Assembly (NCBI GenBank): GCA_030648055.1
Contig: JAUSHI010000009.1
Location: 1-45,721 of the forward strand
Source: a bacterium
GTDB lineage: Bacteria; Patescibacteriota; Minisyncoccia; Sungbacterales; SURF-37
Reading direction: 5' to 3'
DNA length: 45,721 nucleotides
The notes beneath the pieces are model-generated. The model was not told the origin of the DNA, ran no database searches, and saw only the letters and a list, made by a program, of their open reading frames with translations. The translations under genes and the position numbers were made by a program. This document shows positions 1 to 8,016 of the stretch, piece after piece (within the stretch, counting starts at the first letter, position 1; the number at the start of each line of letters is the position of its first letter).

Positions 1-1
1 A

Positions 2-367
2 ACGGAATATGCCACCAAAAAGCACAAGCTCATTCTCGCCAAAAAGGATTTAGAGGAAAAAATTCACCTTTTTGAGCGAAAGAGCAATAATCGGTTCGAA
101 CTTATGATTGCCTTTCTAAAAGAGGCCAACCAAGCCGAAAATATCGCTGTACAAGAAAATCCAGAAAGGATTCGGGATTTTCTCAAAAAGATTGGTTCGA
201 ACTTCCGCATTGCCGAGCGGACGGTTTCGTTCCCCCTCAAAAATGCTTGGATTCTCGCGGGAAAATACCATGCCGAGACGCAACGCGCCGAGGCAACTTC
301 TTACGATTTTTCTGAAAGTACAAATTGGCAGAGTCGTCGGGATACGACCCTAAACGCCATATTGTAG
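2..367 (+). CDS. 3' end of a gene truncated by the window edge; probable large serine (site-specific) recombinase C-terminus
   Basis: Frame is open from base 2 (TEYATKKHKLILAKKDLEEKIHLF...RDFLKKIGSNFRI...W). The coiled-coil and LKKIGSNF-like tail resemble CPR recombinase C-termini. The catalytic domain is not visible. Confidence 0.45.
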   Translation, partial: TEYATKKHKLILAKKDLEEKIHLFERKSNNRFELMIAFLKEANQAENIAVQENPERIRDFLKKIGSNFRIAERTVSFPLKNAWILAGKYHAETQRAEATSYDFSESTNWQSRRDTTLNAIL

Positions 368-533
368 AAATTTTTATAATTCCGGGCCTAACTTCAGCTA
401 TTTTTCAGCGCGCGATTGAGGAACGCATTGTGGATTATTTTAGAAAAAAGCTTGCTATCACAGGTCCCCATTAAGGGGATTTTGTTTTCCCAATTTTCTC
501 TACGAACAAATGTGAGTAGGTAGAAAATTGAGG

Positions 534-683
534 ACCCCGCATTAATTTTGCCATTTTTATTAATAACAAACATGGAGGAGAAACGGCCTGTTTTTAACAA
601 AGCGAAGCGCGTGCGCGGATAGCGCATCCCGTTATGGGCGAAGCGTTTCGCCGTGGAATATATCGCAAAATTAGTGCTGGGGT
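534..683. mobile_element. Family B inverted-repeat element without coding cargo
   Basis: ACCCCGCATTAATTTTG (534-550) versus CAAAATTAGTGCTGGGGT (666-683): near-perfect inverted repeat with one indel and one mismatch. Confidence 0.55.
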
Positions 684-725
684 GTTTGGTTTACAATAAT
701 TAGGTAGCCGTATATAATAAATATT

Positions 726-1535
726 ATGCAAATATACGAAGAATTATCTTTAGATCAAAAAATATGGGCAAAAAGGGGAGCGCTTTCATTTTTAATTTTA
801 ATTAATTTAGTTATTGCCTCTTTGTTCTTGTCTTACATGGCGGATTTTTGGACCTCGGCCAAAGCCCTTCGCGGGCCAAAGCTTCAGGTTTCATTTTCCG
901 GCGAGGGCAAGATTTCCGCTAAACCTGATGTGGTGAAATTCACGGCAACAGTTTTGAGCGACGGCAAAACAATTTCCGAAGTCCAAGGCGACAACACTAA
1001 GCGTTTTAATGATGTGATTTCTTTTCTTAAAGCAAATGGTTTTGCGGACAAAGACATGAAGACCGTGGGCTATAATGTTTTTCCTCAGTATTCTTATCCG
1101 CGTCCATGCACGGTTTTTCCCTGTCTTGAAGATGAGAAGCCGAAGATTGTCGGTTATCAAATTAGCAATACTATGGAAATAACCGTCCGCGATGTTGCAA
1201 AAACCGGCGACATTCTTTCGGGCGTCATTGATGCCGGGGCAAACGAAGTATCAGGTTTGCAGTTTACCATTGATCGCCCTAATGAATTAAAAGCTCAGGC
1301 GCGTAAGCAGGCGATTGATGACGTTAAAGCCAAAGCCGGACGTCTGGCTAAAGATTTGGGTAAAAAGCTCGGCAGGATTACGGCTTTCAGCGAATCCGGT
1401 TATGTTCCGCCGCCTGTTTATTTTAAAGCCGAATCCGCCATGGGTGGAGGGCTTGCTCCGGTCCCCGCTCCCGATATTCAGACCGGGGAAAATGAAATTA
1501 CGGCAAACGTTAATATTACTTATGAACTCAGATAA
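726..1535 (+). CDS. SIMPL/DUF541 domain protein (YggE-like) with N-terminal TM anchor
   Basis: VSFSGEGKISAKPD, GYQISNTMEITVRD and GANEVSGLQF motifs. TATAAT lies just upstream of the ATG. Confidence 0.9.
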   Translation: MQIYEELSLDQKIWAKRGALSFLILINLVIASLFLSYMADFWTSAKALRGPKLQVSFSGEGKISAKPDVVKFTATVLSDGKTISEVQGDNTKRFNDVISFLKANGFADKDMKTVGYNVFPQYSYPRPCTVFPCLEDEKPKIVGYQISNTMEITVRDVAKTGDILSGVIDAGANEVSGLQFTIDRPNELKAQARKQAIDDVKAKAGRLAKDLGKKLGRITAFSESGYVPPPVYFKAESAMGGGLAPVPAPDIQTGENEITANVNITYELR

Positions 1536-2484
1536 CGCTGGTTATTCAAAGAGCTCGCCGAGAGATGTTTTCACGCATCTTTTGGCCATCATCACCCTCT
1601 ATATTTCGGCGGTCAGTTTTGGCGTACTCGTTTTTCAGTTTATTGACCGCGCGTTTCCCGATGTTTTGACGGATTCGGTGTCCGTAACTTCCTCCGCCAT
1701 AAGATGGGCAATAGCGTCTTTGGTCATAGTTTTTCCGGTCTATGTTCTTTTGTCATGGCGCTTGGCGAAGGATGTCGTTAGTTATCCGGAAAAACGCGAA
1801 CTGAAAATTAGGAAGTGGCTTTTGTATTTCACCCTGTTTTTAGCTTCAGTTGTAATTATCGGTGACCTTGTTGCTTTGATCTATAATTTTTTAAGCGGCG
1901 ATCTTACATTCAGATTTCTTCTTAAAATCGTGACTATTCTTTTTATAGCTTTGGCTGTTTTTAGCTATTATCTTTGGAATTTGAGAAGCAAAGTTATGGC
2001 CTATAAGGATTCGCGCATGCGCGTTATGGTTTTCGGTGTGCTTGCTATTGTGGCCACTGCCACTGTTTACGGATTTTTTGTGGCCGGCTCTCCATTTGCC
2101 GAGCGAGCGCGTCGTTTTGATGAGAGCAGGGTTCAAGATTTGCAGAATATTCAATGGCAGGTGGTGAATTATTGGCAAAGGAAAGAACGGTTGCCGAAAA
2201 AAATTGACGAGTTGCGCGATGAAATTTCAGGCTATACTGTTCCAAGAGATCCGGAAACAGGCGCATCTTATGAATATCACGTATTAGCGCCTTTAAAGCT
2301 TGAACTTTGCGCGACGTTTAATACGGGAAGCGCGAATGATGGGCGCGGAGTTTCTCAGCCGGTTATGTATGGCGCGAAGATTGATGAAAATTGGATGCAT
2401 GGAACAGGTCAGGTTTGCTTTGAGCGGACGATTGATCCTGAATTGTATCCGCCCATTGAAAAGCGTGTTCCTACTAAGATGTAA
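1522..2484 (+). CDS. DUF5671-like membrane protein with a pilin-like soluble C-terminal domain
   Basis: ATG at 1522 (MNSDNAGYSKSSPRDVF) overlaps the previous stop. Five TM helices, then DESRVQDLQNI...DPETGASYEY...ELCATF. Confidence 0.7.
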   Translation: MNSDNAGYSKSSPRDVFTHLLAIITLYISAVSFGVLVFQFIDRAFPDVLTDSVSVTSSAIRWAIASLVIVFPVYVLLSWRLAKDVVSYPEKRELKIRKWLLYFTLFLASVVIIGDLVALIYNFLSGDLTFRFLLKIVTILFIALAVFSYYLWNLRSKVMAYKDSRMRVMVFGVLAIVATATVYGFFVAGSPFAERARRFDESRVQDLQNIQWQVVNYWQRKERLPKKIDELRDEISGYTVPRDPETGASYEYHVLAPLKLELCATFNTGSANDGRGVSQPVMYGAKIDENWMHGTGQVCFERTIDPELYPPIEKRVPTKM

Positions 2485-2951
2485 TGAAGGACGTTTTTTG
2501 TGTAATTTGTCATAACATTCGGAGCCGTGAAAACGTCGGCTCCGTTTTTAGAACGAGCGATGCTTTTGGTGTTTCAAAAATTTATCTCACCGGTTATACG
2601 CCCGCTCCACCGCATCCGAAGATTTCAAAAACCGCGCTTGGGGCCGAAACCTGGGTGCTGTGGGAGAAGAGAGCGTCAATTTTTGATCTTATAAAAGAAT
2701 TAAAAAAGAAGAAATTTAAAATTATCGCTCTTGAAAAGACAAAAGATAGCGGGCCGCTTTCAGGATTCCGGCCACGTTTTCCTTTAGCACTCATACTCGG
2801 CAATGAAGTAAAGGGGATTTCCCAGGCGACTCTTAAAAAAGCCGATAAAATTGTAGAGATTCCGATGCTCGGCAGAAAAGAATCTTTGAACGTTGCCGTT
2901 GCTTTCGGTGTCGCGGCCTTTAATATGCGCTTTACGAAATTTCTCCGATAA
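2484..2951 (+). CDS. SpoU/TrmH family RNA methyltransferase
   Basis: NIRSRENVGSVFRTSDAFG, LGNEVKGI and IPMLGRKESLNVAVA SPOUT motifs. Confidence 0.92.
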   Translation: MKDVFCVICHNIRSRENVGSVFRTSDAFGVSKIYLTGYTPAPPHPKISKTALGAETWVLWEKRASIFDLIKELKKKKFKIIALEKTKDSGPLSGFRPRFPLALILGNEVKGISQATLKKADKIVEIPMLGRKESLNVAVAFGVAAFNMRFTKFLR

Positions 2952-3170
2952 AAATTTTATTGTTGGCGGTTTGATATAATTATTGCCGGCATATTTATAA
3001 GGCTTATATAAGTCTCGCGGCATGTTGGGGGCCGCAAAAAGAGAAATAATTGTTTTATGGGGCTATGCGCAGTACTGTTATTTTTAAGCAAAAGCCCGAA
3101 TTTATGGATGTTTTGATAAAACGGCTTATTGAGTTAAAATAAAGTAAGATAAAAATAACTAAATTTTTTT

Positions 3171-3599
3171 ATGTTTAATCTTTTTGGTCCGTTTATATTT
3201 TTTACTTCTTATTCTAGCTTGGCGCTATTTTTTTTGCGTCTTGTGCTTGGTGCGGCTTTTATCGCCCATGGCTATCCTAAGCTTTTTAATTCGGAAAACC
3301 GGGAGAGATTTGCCGGTTGGCTCGGATCAATGGGTTTCAGGCCCGGTAAGTTTTGGGCACTTTTGGTGGGGATAGTGGAATTTTTTGGAGGGATTTTTTT
3401 AGTTGTCGGTATTTTTGTCCAGCTGGTTGCCGCTCTTATATGTATTAATATGTTTGTTGCCATGTGGAAAGTAAAGTGGGGCAAAGTAGGATTTATGGCT
3501 CAGGGTGGTTGGGAGATTGACCTTTCTTATTTTGTTATTGCTCTTTCACTTTTAGTTATGGGTTCTGGGTTATGGTCACTGGAAGCTTTTTGGTTTTAA
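3171..3599 (+). CDS. DoxX family membrane protein
   Basis: LRLVLGAAFIAHGYPKL, EFFGG and GGWEIDL. Confidence 0.88.
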   Translation: MFNLFGPFIFFTSYSSLALFFLRLVLGAAFIAHGYPKLFNSENRERFAGWLGSMGFRPGKFWALLVGIVEFFGGIFLVVGIFVQLVAALICINMFVAMWKVKWGKVGFMAQGGWEIDLSYFVIALSLLVMGSGLWSLEAFWF

Positions 3600-3620
3600 T
3601 TAAATAAATTTTAATGCGCA

Positions 3621-4115
3621 ATGATTTTTTCTGAACATTGGTTTGCGCGTTTAATTATTGTCACTTCGGCGGTAGCACTCGCTTTGATTTTTCTTTTTAG
3701 CGCGATTGTTTTTCTTCCTTCAAGCGGGCCAAATATTAAAAATGCTTCAGTGGTGTTCTCTAACGTTAAATTTACTGCTGAAGTTGCTGAAAGTCCTTCG
3801 GCGCGGATGAAAGGTCTTTCCGGCCGTGATTTAATTCCGGAATTCGGTGGCATGCTCTTTAAATTTCTGGAGCCCGGCATATATTCTTTTTGGATGAAAG
3901 ACATGCGTTTTTCTATTGATATTATTTGGCTTAGTAAGGGGCAGATTGTGTATCTTGTAAAAGATGCCGAGTTTCCGAAATCCGGAACACCCGATGTGGG
4001 GATTCGTATTTTTACGCCAAATGTAGATGCTGACGCAGTTTTGGAAGTAAGAGCGGGAATGGCTGGCCGCTATGATATAAAAATCGGGGATAAGGTAGAT
4101 GTTACCGTTAAGTGA
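3621..4115 (+). CDS. DUF192 domain protein with N-terminal TM
   Basis: AEVAESPSARMKGLSGR, GMLF, FWMKDMRFSIDIIW and VLEVRAG. Confidence 0.9.
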   Translation: MIFSEHWFARLIIVTSAVALALIFLFSAIVFLPSSGPNIKNASVVFSNVKFTAEVAESPSARMKGLSGRDLIPEFGGMLFKFLEPGIYSFWMKDMRFSIDIIWLSKGQIVYLVKDAEFPKSGTPDVGIRIFTPNVDADAVLEVRAGMAGRYDIKIGDKVDVTVK

Positions 4116-4254
4116 GCGGCTGTGCTCGGGCGTTCGTCTATTTTTAAAAAAATAAAATAACGCGTATTGCTACTGGCGATGCGCGCTTTTTTGTTTGTGA
4201 GAACAAGTTTTTGAGCGTTGATTTTTTGCTTCAGGTCTGATATCATAATTCTTA

Positions 4255-5052
4255 ATGCGCAATGATTATGTATTTGATCTTGAAACTAAATATTCTTTTG
4301 ACGAGGTTGGCGGAAGAGACCATTTGACGGATTTGGGGGTCTCTTATATAGGGCTTTATTCTTATCGCGAAGATAAATTTTTTGGATTTCGCGAAAATGA
4401 ACTTGATAAATTGAATTCTATTTTTGGCGAAGCTGACCGCGTTATCGGGTTTAATATAAATAATTTTGATTTGCCGGTGCTGGCTCCGCACGTGAGCGTT
4501 GACCTGACTAAAATTCCTGCATTGGATATTTTTGATGATGTGACGAAAGTGCTTGGCCATAGAATCGGCCTGGACGCGCTTTCCAAGGCCACGCTTGGCG
4601 CGGAAAAGCTCGGTCACGGCCTTGATTCTTTAAAGTGGTACAGAGAAGGCGATTGGGAAAGATTGGAGAAATATTGTTTGCAGGATGTCCGGCTTACACG
4701 CGACCTTTATGAATTTGGAAAAGCAAAGGGCTATCTTATGTTTGATTCCAACTATAACGGCAAGCGTGTCTCGGTGCCGGTGAAGTGGAATCACGCGCCT
4801 GAAGCTGAAATTCTTTCGCGCATTAACGAAGCGGTAAAAGAAAAAAAGGCGCTTGAAATTGATTATGTGTCGCGCGAAGACAGCGGCGGAGGGTATCAAA
4901 AGAAAAGAAAAATTGAAGTGCGCCAGATTTTAGGCGATAGCGTTGAGGCTTATTGTCATTTTCGCAAGGATGTCAGGCGCTTTAGGCTCGGCAGAATTCT
5001 TGACGCACGGGTTTTAAACGAGCCGGCGCAACTAATTCAGACGCTTTTTTAA
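4255..5052 (+). CDS. YprB/RNase_H_2-like (DEDD) exonuclease domain fused to a C-terminal WYL domain
   Basis: VFDLET, GFNINNFDLP and YCLQDV; then LEIDYVS...RKIE...VEAYCHFRKDVRRFRLGRI (WYL signature). Confidence 0.82.
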   Translation: MRNDYVFDLETKYSFDEVGGRDHLTDLGVSYIGLYSYREDKFFGFRENELDKLNSIFGEADRVIGFNINNFDLPVLAPHVSVDLTKIPALDIFDDVTKVLGHRIGLDALSKATLGAEKLGHGLDSLKWYREGDWERLEKYCLQDVRLTRDLYEFGKAKGYLMFDSNYNGKRVSVPVKWNHAPEAEILSRINEAVKEKKALEIDYVSREDSGGGYQKKRKIEVRQILGDSVEAYCHFRKDVRRFRLGRILDARVLNEPAQLIQTLF

Positions 5053-5094
5053 GGAGTTTTGTCTCCGACGTTATGTCGGAGCAACAAAACCCTT

Positions 5095-5354
5095 ACCCAA
5101 CACATAACTTTATGTATTACGTATATTTATTGAAAAATAATACAAAGAATGAGATATACATTGGATATACCGATGATTTGGAGAGAAGACTTAAAGAACA
5201 CCAACGGAAACACCCCGAGCTTGTGTATTATGAAGCATACAAAGCAGAAAAGGATGCCAGAACGCGTGAAATAAAATTAAAGCAACACGGTCAAACTAAA
5301 AGAAGATTAAAAGAGAGAATTCAGCGCTGCCTTACGTAAAGTTATGTGCTGGGT
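5095..5354. mobile_element. Family B inverted-repeat element carrying a GIY-YIG ORF
   Basis: ACCCAACACATAACTTTA (5095-5112) and TAAAGTTATGTGCTGGGT (5337-5354) are 17/18 complementary and abut the start and stop codons. Confidence 0.7.
5112..5339 (+). CDS. Small GIY-YIG nuclease
   Basis: MYYVYLL...IYIGYTDDLERRLKEH...YYEAY...ARTREIKLK. Confidence 0.9.
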   Translation: MYYVYLLKNNTKNEIYIGYTDDLERRLKEHQRKHPELVYYEAYKAEKDARTREIKLKQHGQTKRRLKERIQRCLT

Positions 5355-5395
5355 GCTAAAGTTTGTAATTACTCGCTTACGCTCGTAAACAAAAC

Positions 5396-5884
5396 ATGGC
5401 AGAAACAATTTTTCATAGTTGGACCAGTGGCGTTTTAACGCTTTCGGAGATGATTAACGAGATTGGCCAATATATAAAATCTAAGCCGGAGAGGGCTTAT
5501 CAAATTATTGTTGGTTCTGATTCTTCAACAACCAATCCGGTCAGCGTTGTCACCGCGGTTACGGTATGGCGTGTGGGCAACGGCGGAATTCATTTTTGGT
5601 TTGATGCCGAGAAAAAAACCTTTCATACTTTACAGGATCGCATTTATGAGGAAACAATCCGCTCAATAACGCTCGCTCAGGAATTGCGCGACAGAATGCG
5701 GGAAAAACTTGGAGAGGACGCGCTTTGGGATAAAAAAATAACTGTTCATATTGATGTGGGTGAGAACGGGCCGACTAAAGATTTGATTGACCAGGTGGTG
5801 GGTATGGTAAAGGGTTTCGGTTTCCAGGCGGTAATAAAACCGAATTCGTTCGGGGCATCGGTGGTGGCCGACAAACATACTTAG
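5396..5884 (+). CDS. Ribonuclease H-like YkuK (DUF458) family protein
   Basis: IIVGSDS, RIYEE, VHIDVGENGPT and KPNSFGASVVADK. Confidence 0.85.
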   Translation: MAETIFHSWTSGVLTLSEMINEIGQYIKSKPERAYQIIVGSDSSTTNPVSVVTAVTVWRVGNGGIHFWFDAEKKTFHTLQDRIYEETIRSITLAQELRDRMREKLGEDALWDKKITVHIDVGENGPTKDLIDQVVGMVKGFGFQAVIKPNSFGASVVADKHT

Positions 5885-5889
5885 CGCTC

Positions 5890-6050
5890 GCCGCCTGCAA
5901 AAATTTTCCAGCTCCAGCACGAACAAATCTGCCTTATGCGCTTCACAAAATAAATCAGGGAAATTCGAAGTAAGCGAATTTCTCTGATTTTGTTTTGCGC
6001 ATTCGTTGATTTGTATTCGTGCCTGCGCAATGGAAAATTTTTAAGGCGGC
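5890..6050. repeat. Long imperfect intergenic hairpin (~160 bp)
   Basis: Nested arms: GCCGCCT..AAAAATTTTCCA/TGGAAAATTTTT.AGGCGGC, GCACGAA..CAAATC/GATTTG..TTCGTGC and AATCAGGGAAATTCG/CGAATTTCTCTGATT. Confidence 0.7.
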
Positions 6051-6194
6051 TCGCTTTGGATAAAGACCGCGACATCCGCAATGAAAAATTTTCGTTATGC
6101 TTCGCTAGGAGAAGAAACACTAAAAAGGAATTGCTCGCTTGAGGGGGACTTTAAAAAACGGATAGAGGCCGTTTTTGATGATTTTGAGTATTGA

Positions 6195-6313
6195 CCCCGT
6201 TAGAAGTCGCGGACGCTTCTGGAGTTTTTGCAACTCTATAGCGTGGTGTCAATCAAGAAAATGTATAGCTTTTAAGGTAGAAATATTATGGCCGCGTCCT
6301 ACTTCTAACGGGG
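6195..6313. mobile_element. Family A inverted-repeat element inserted at a -35 box
   Basis: TTGA|CCCCGTTAGAAGT...ACTTCTAACGGGG|TTGA; 119 bp. Confidence 0.8.
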
Positions 6314-6370
6314 TTGACAAATACTTATTTTAGGGGTATAATTGCCGTAATAGTAAAAATGCTCTTTAAA
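6314..6370 (+). promoter_or_regulatory. Consensus sigma70 promoter followed by a boxA-like motif
   Basis: TTGACA (6314), 17 bp spacer, TATAAT (6337). TGCTCTTTAAA at 6360-6370. Confidence 0.8.
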
Positions 6371-6497
6371 TAAGTCGGTTTTTGGCGGAATTGGGGTTTC
6401 AATTTGGTTCCCGACCCTCCTCGGCGATCAAATTCCGGTTCTACCGGAGTTGAGGCCCCTATTCTGCCAAAAATCTAAAAATAAGGGGGACACTACG

Positions 6498-6740
6498 ATG
6501 TTTATGCACAACATGCTTCAGAGTGAGGTTGCCGCCTTTGTGGCGACAACATTCCCGAAGTGGGTACTCGGTGCGGCAGAAGGCGAGCAGCCCTACACGG
6601 TTGATCCGCGATGGGGTTCGTCGTTTTACTGCATATGTGACCTTTGCAAAGCACCGGTGCTCAAAGACGTGAACGCGATGCTCGGTCACCGAAATCATCA
6701 TGTCATCACAGGCGACATCGTCCTGGGAAAGGGGAAATGA
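6498..6740 (+). CDS. Small hypothetical protein with a C2H2 zinc-finger-like motif
   Basis: SD-like AAGGGGG upstream; CDLC-x13-HRNHH. Confidence 0.55.
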   Translation: MFMHNMLQSEVAAFVATTFPKWVLGAAEGEQPYTVDPRWGSSFYCICDLCKAPVLKDVNAMLGHRNHHVITGDIVLGKGK

Positions 6741-6741
6741 G

Positions 6742-6942
6742 ATGCTCAAGATTTTCGCTGGCTTCATGATCTGGTTGCTCTTTGCCGGCGTGTCGCGGAC
6801 GCGACGCCCGAGCGGCCGAAGCGAGCGAGCTTCTTCGGCTCGTGGTCCGCATTCGCCACCCCGGCTCGGCGCCCGGCCACGAGCCCGCGGGTCCAGGTCG
6901 TCCCGGCCTCCATGCTTCGCCGACTGGCGGCGAGGATGGTGA
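6742..6942 (+). CDS. Possible small protein (hydrophobic N-terminus, Arg-rich tail)
   Basis: ATG immediately after the previous stop, with AAGGGG upstream; MLKIFAGFMIWLLFAG. The tail looks like an off-frame translation. Confidence 0.3.
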   Translation: MLKIFAGFMIWLLFAGVSRTRRPSGRSERASSARGPHSPPRLGARPRARGSRSSRPPCFADWRRGW

Positions 6943-6992
6943 GGCCCTTCGCCCGCAAACCCTCGGTTTAGGAAGACCGGGAAGGAGATGCC

Positions 6993-7142
6993 ATGGCGGA
7001 GGAAGCGCAGGCCGTAACTTCCAAGAAGGAGATCGAAAAGTTCATCATTTGGCGCCGGCCCATTCGTATGGATGCCGGTCTGGTGGCGATTCCATTCGAT
7101 CTCCGCGATTCCAACCGTGGAGATCACAGCGCTACGAAGTAG
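6993..7142 (+). CDS. 49-aa hypothetical protein (not in the ORF track)
   Basis: Strong SD GAAGGAG; MAEEAQAVTSKKEIEKFIIWRRPIRMDAGLVAIPFDLRDSNRGDHSATK. Confidence 0.5.
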   Translation: MAEEAQAVTSKKEIEKFIIWRRPIRMDAGLVAIPFDLRDSNRGDHSATK

Positions 7143-7300
7143 CCCCCAACTCCCGACTACGCGCAAAACATCGCGCGCCGTCGGGACTCTATCAGATTCT
7201 GTGAGAATGCGCATGTCCAGAAACCATAAAAAAGACATTAGGCGTATTCTTGCGGAATCTGATAGGGTAGTTCGTTTCAAATTAATTTAATAAGGTTCGT

Positions 7301-7377
7301 AGGCCCGTAGCTCAAACGGTTAGAGCACGCGATCTATAATCGCGAGGTTGAGCGTTCAAATCGCCCCGGGCCTACCA
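7301..7377 (+). tRNA. tRNA-Ile(UAU), atypical
   Basis: Acceptor AGGCCCG/CGGGCCT, anticodon arm CGCGA-TCTATAA-TCGCG, T loop TTCAAAT, encoded CCA. Has C33 and one T-stem mismatch. Confidence 0.8.
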
Positions 7378-7386
7378 AAAACTTAT

Positions 7387-7463
7387 GCAGCCGTAGCCTA
7401 GTCCGGCAAGGCATCTGACTTTTAAGCAGGAGACCGCAGGTTCAAATCCTGCCGGCTACACCA
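7387..7463 (+). tRNA. tRNA-Lys(UUU), atypical
   Basis: Acceptor GCAGCCG/CGGCTAC (one C-A mismatch), loop CTTTTAA, T arm GCAGG-TTCAAAT-CCTGC, encoded CCA. Confidence 0.78.
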
Positions 7464-7486
7464 AATTTAGAGAAAAGAGAAAAGAT

Positions 7487-7570
7487 ACCGGAGTGGCGAA
7501 ATTGGGAGACGCGCCTGGTTTAAGCCCAGGTGTCCGCAAGGATGTGCGGGTTCAACCCCCGCCTCCGGTA
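7487..7570 (+). tRNA. tRNA-Leu(UAA)
   Basis: Acceptor ACCGGAG/CTCCGGT, CCTGG-TTTAAGC-CCAGG, long variable arm TCC-GCAA-GGA, discriminator A. Confidence 0.88.
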
Positions 7571-7617
7571 TCAAAAAACTGGCGGCAGTGGCTAAACGCA
7601 AAATAAAGAGAGAGGGG

Positions 7618-7836
7618 GTGAGGAAGACGGGTCGTGCGGAAGCGAAAATCTTTGAGGTGTTTGTCACCGGCGGCGGGCTGGAATCAATCGTGGAACGCGC
7701 GCTTGCCAATTACGTGGCCAAGCTCGTCGACGATCTCGTGTTTGTGGCCGAATCGGCTGGTCTATCCGAGACAGAGGCTCGGGCCACACTACGCCGCTGC
7801 GTGAGGAAGGCGTGCCGAGCGCTAGGCGGCGTCTAA
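7618..7836 (+). CDS. Small helical hypothetical protein
   Basis: GTG after purine-rich GAGAGAGGGG; protein-like amphipathic sequence; followed by a terminator. Confidence 0.5.
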   Translation: MRKTGRAEAKIFEVFVTGGGLESIVERALANYVAKLVDDLVFVAESAGLSETEARATLRRCVRKACRALGGV

Positions 7837-7841
7837 GTAAC

Positions 7842-7892
7842 ACGGCCACCGACAGTCTCGCGAAGCGGGGCAAGTCGGTGGCCGGTTTTTTT
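7842..7892 (+). terminator. Rho-independent terminator closing the accessory tRNA operon
   Basis: GGCCACCGAC...GTCGGTGGCC followed by a T run. Confidence 0.7.
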
Positions 7893-8016
7893 AATTTAAT
7901 CTCATAAAATATATCAAATAAAACCGGTCGGTTTTATTTGATACTAAGGCACGAAGCGCTGTAAAGCATGGCGATAATGAATATGTTGTACAAATATATG
8001 ATGATATAATTTAAAC

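Noticed and set aside
1315-1521. Long N-terminal extension of the 389-aa ORF
   Set aside because: It overlaps the SIMPL gene out of frame; ATG 1522 is the plausible start.
6459-7280. 273-aa minus-strand ORF
   Set aside because: Antisense to a promoter/SD/tRNA-defined plus-strand unit; composition typical of a GC-rich shadow frame.
6450-7290. Large ncRNA (GOLLD/ROOL-like) next to the tRNA cluster
   Set aside because: The region is better explained by short SD-led ORFs, and no recognisable conserved motifs were seen. A cmscan would be needed to exclude it fully.
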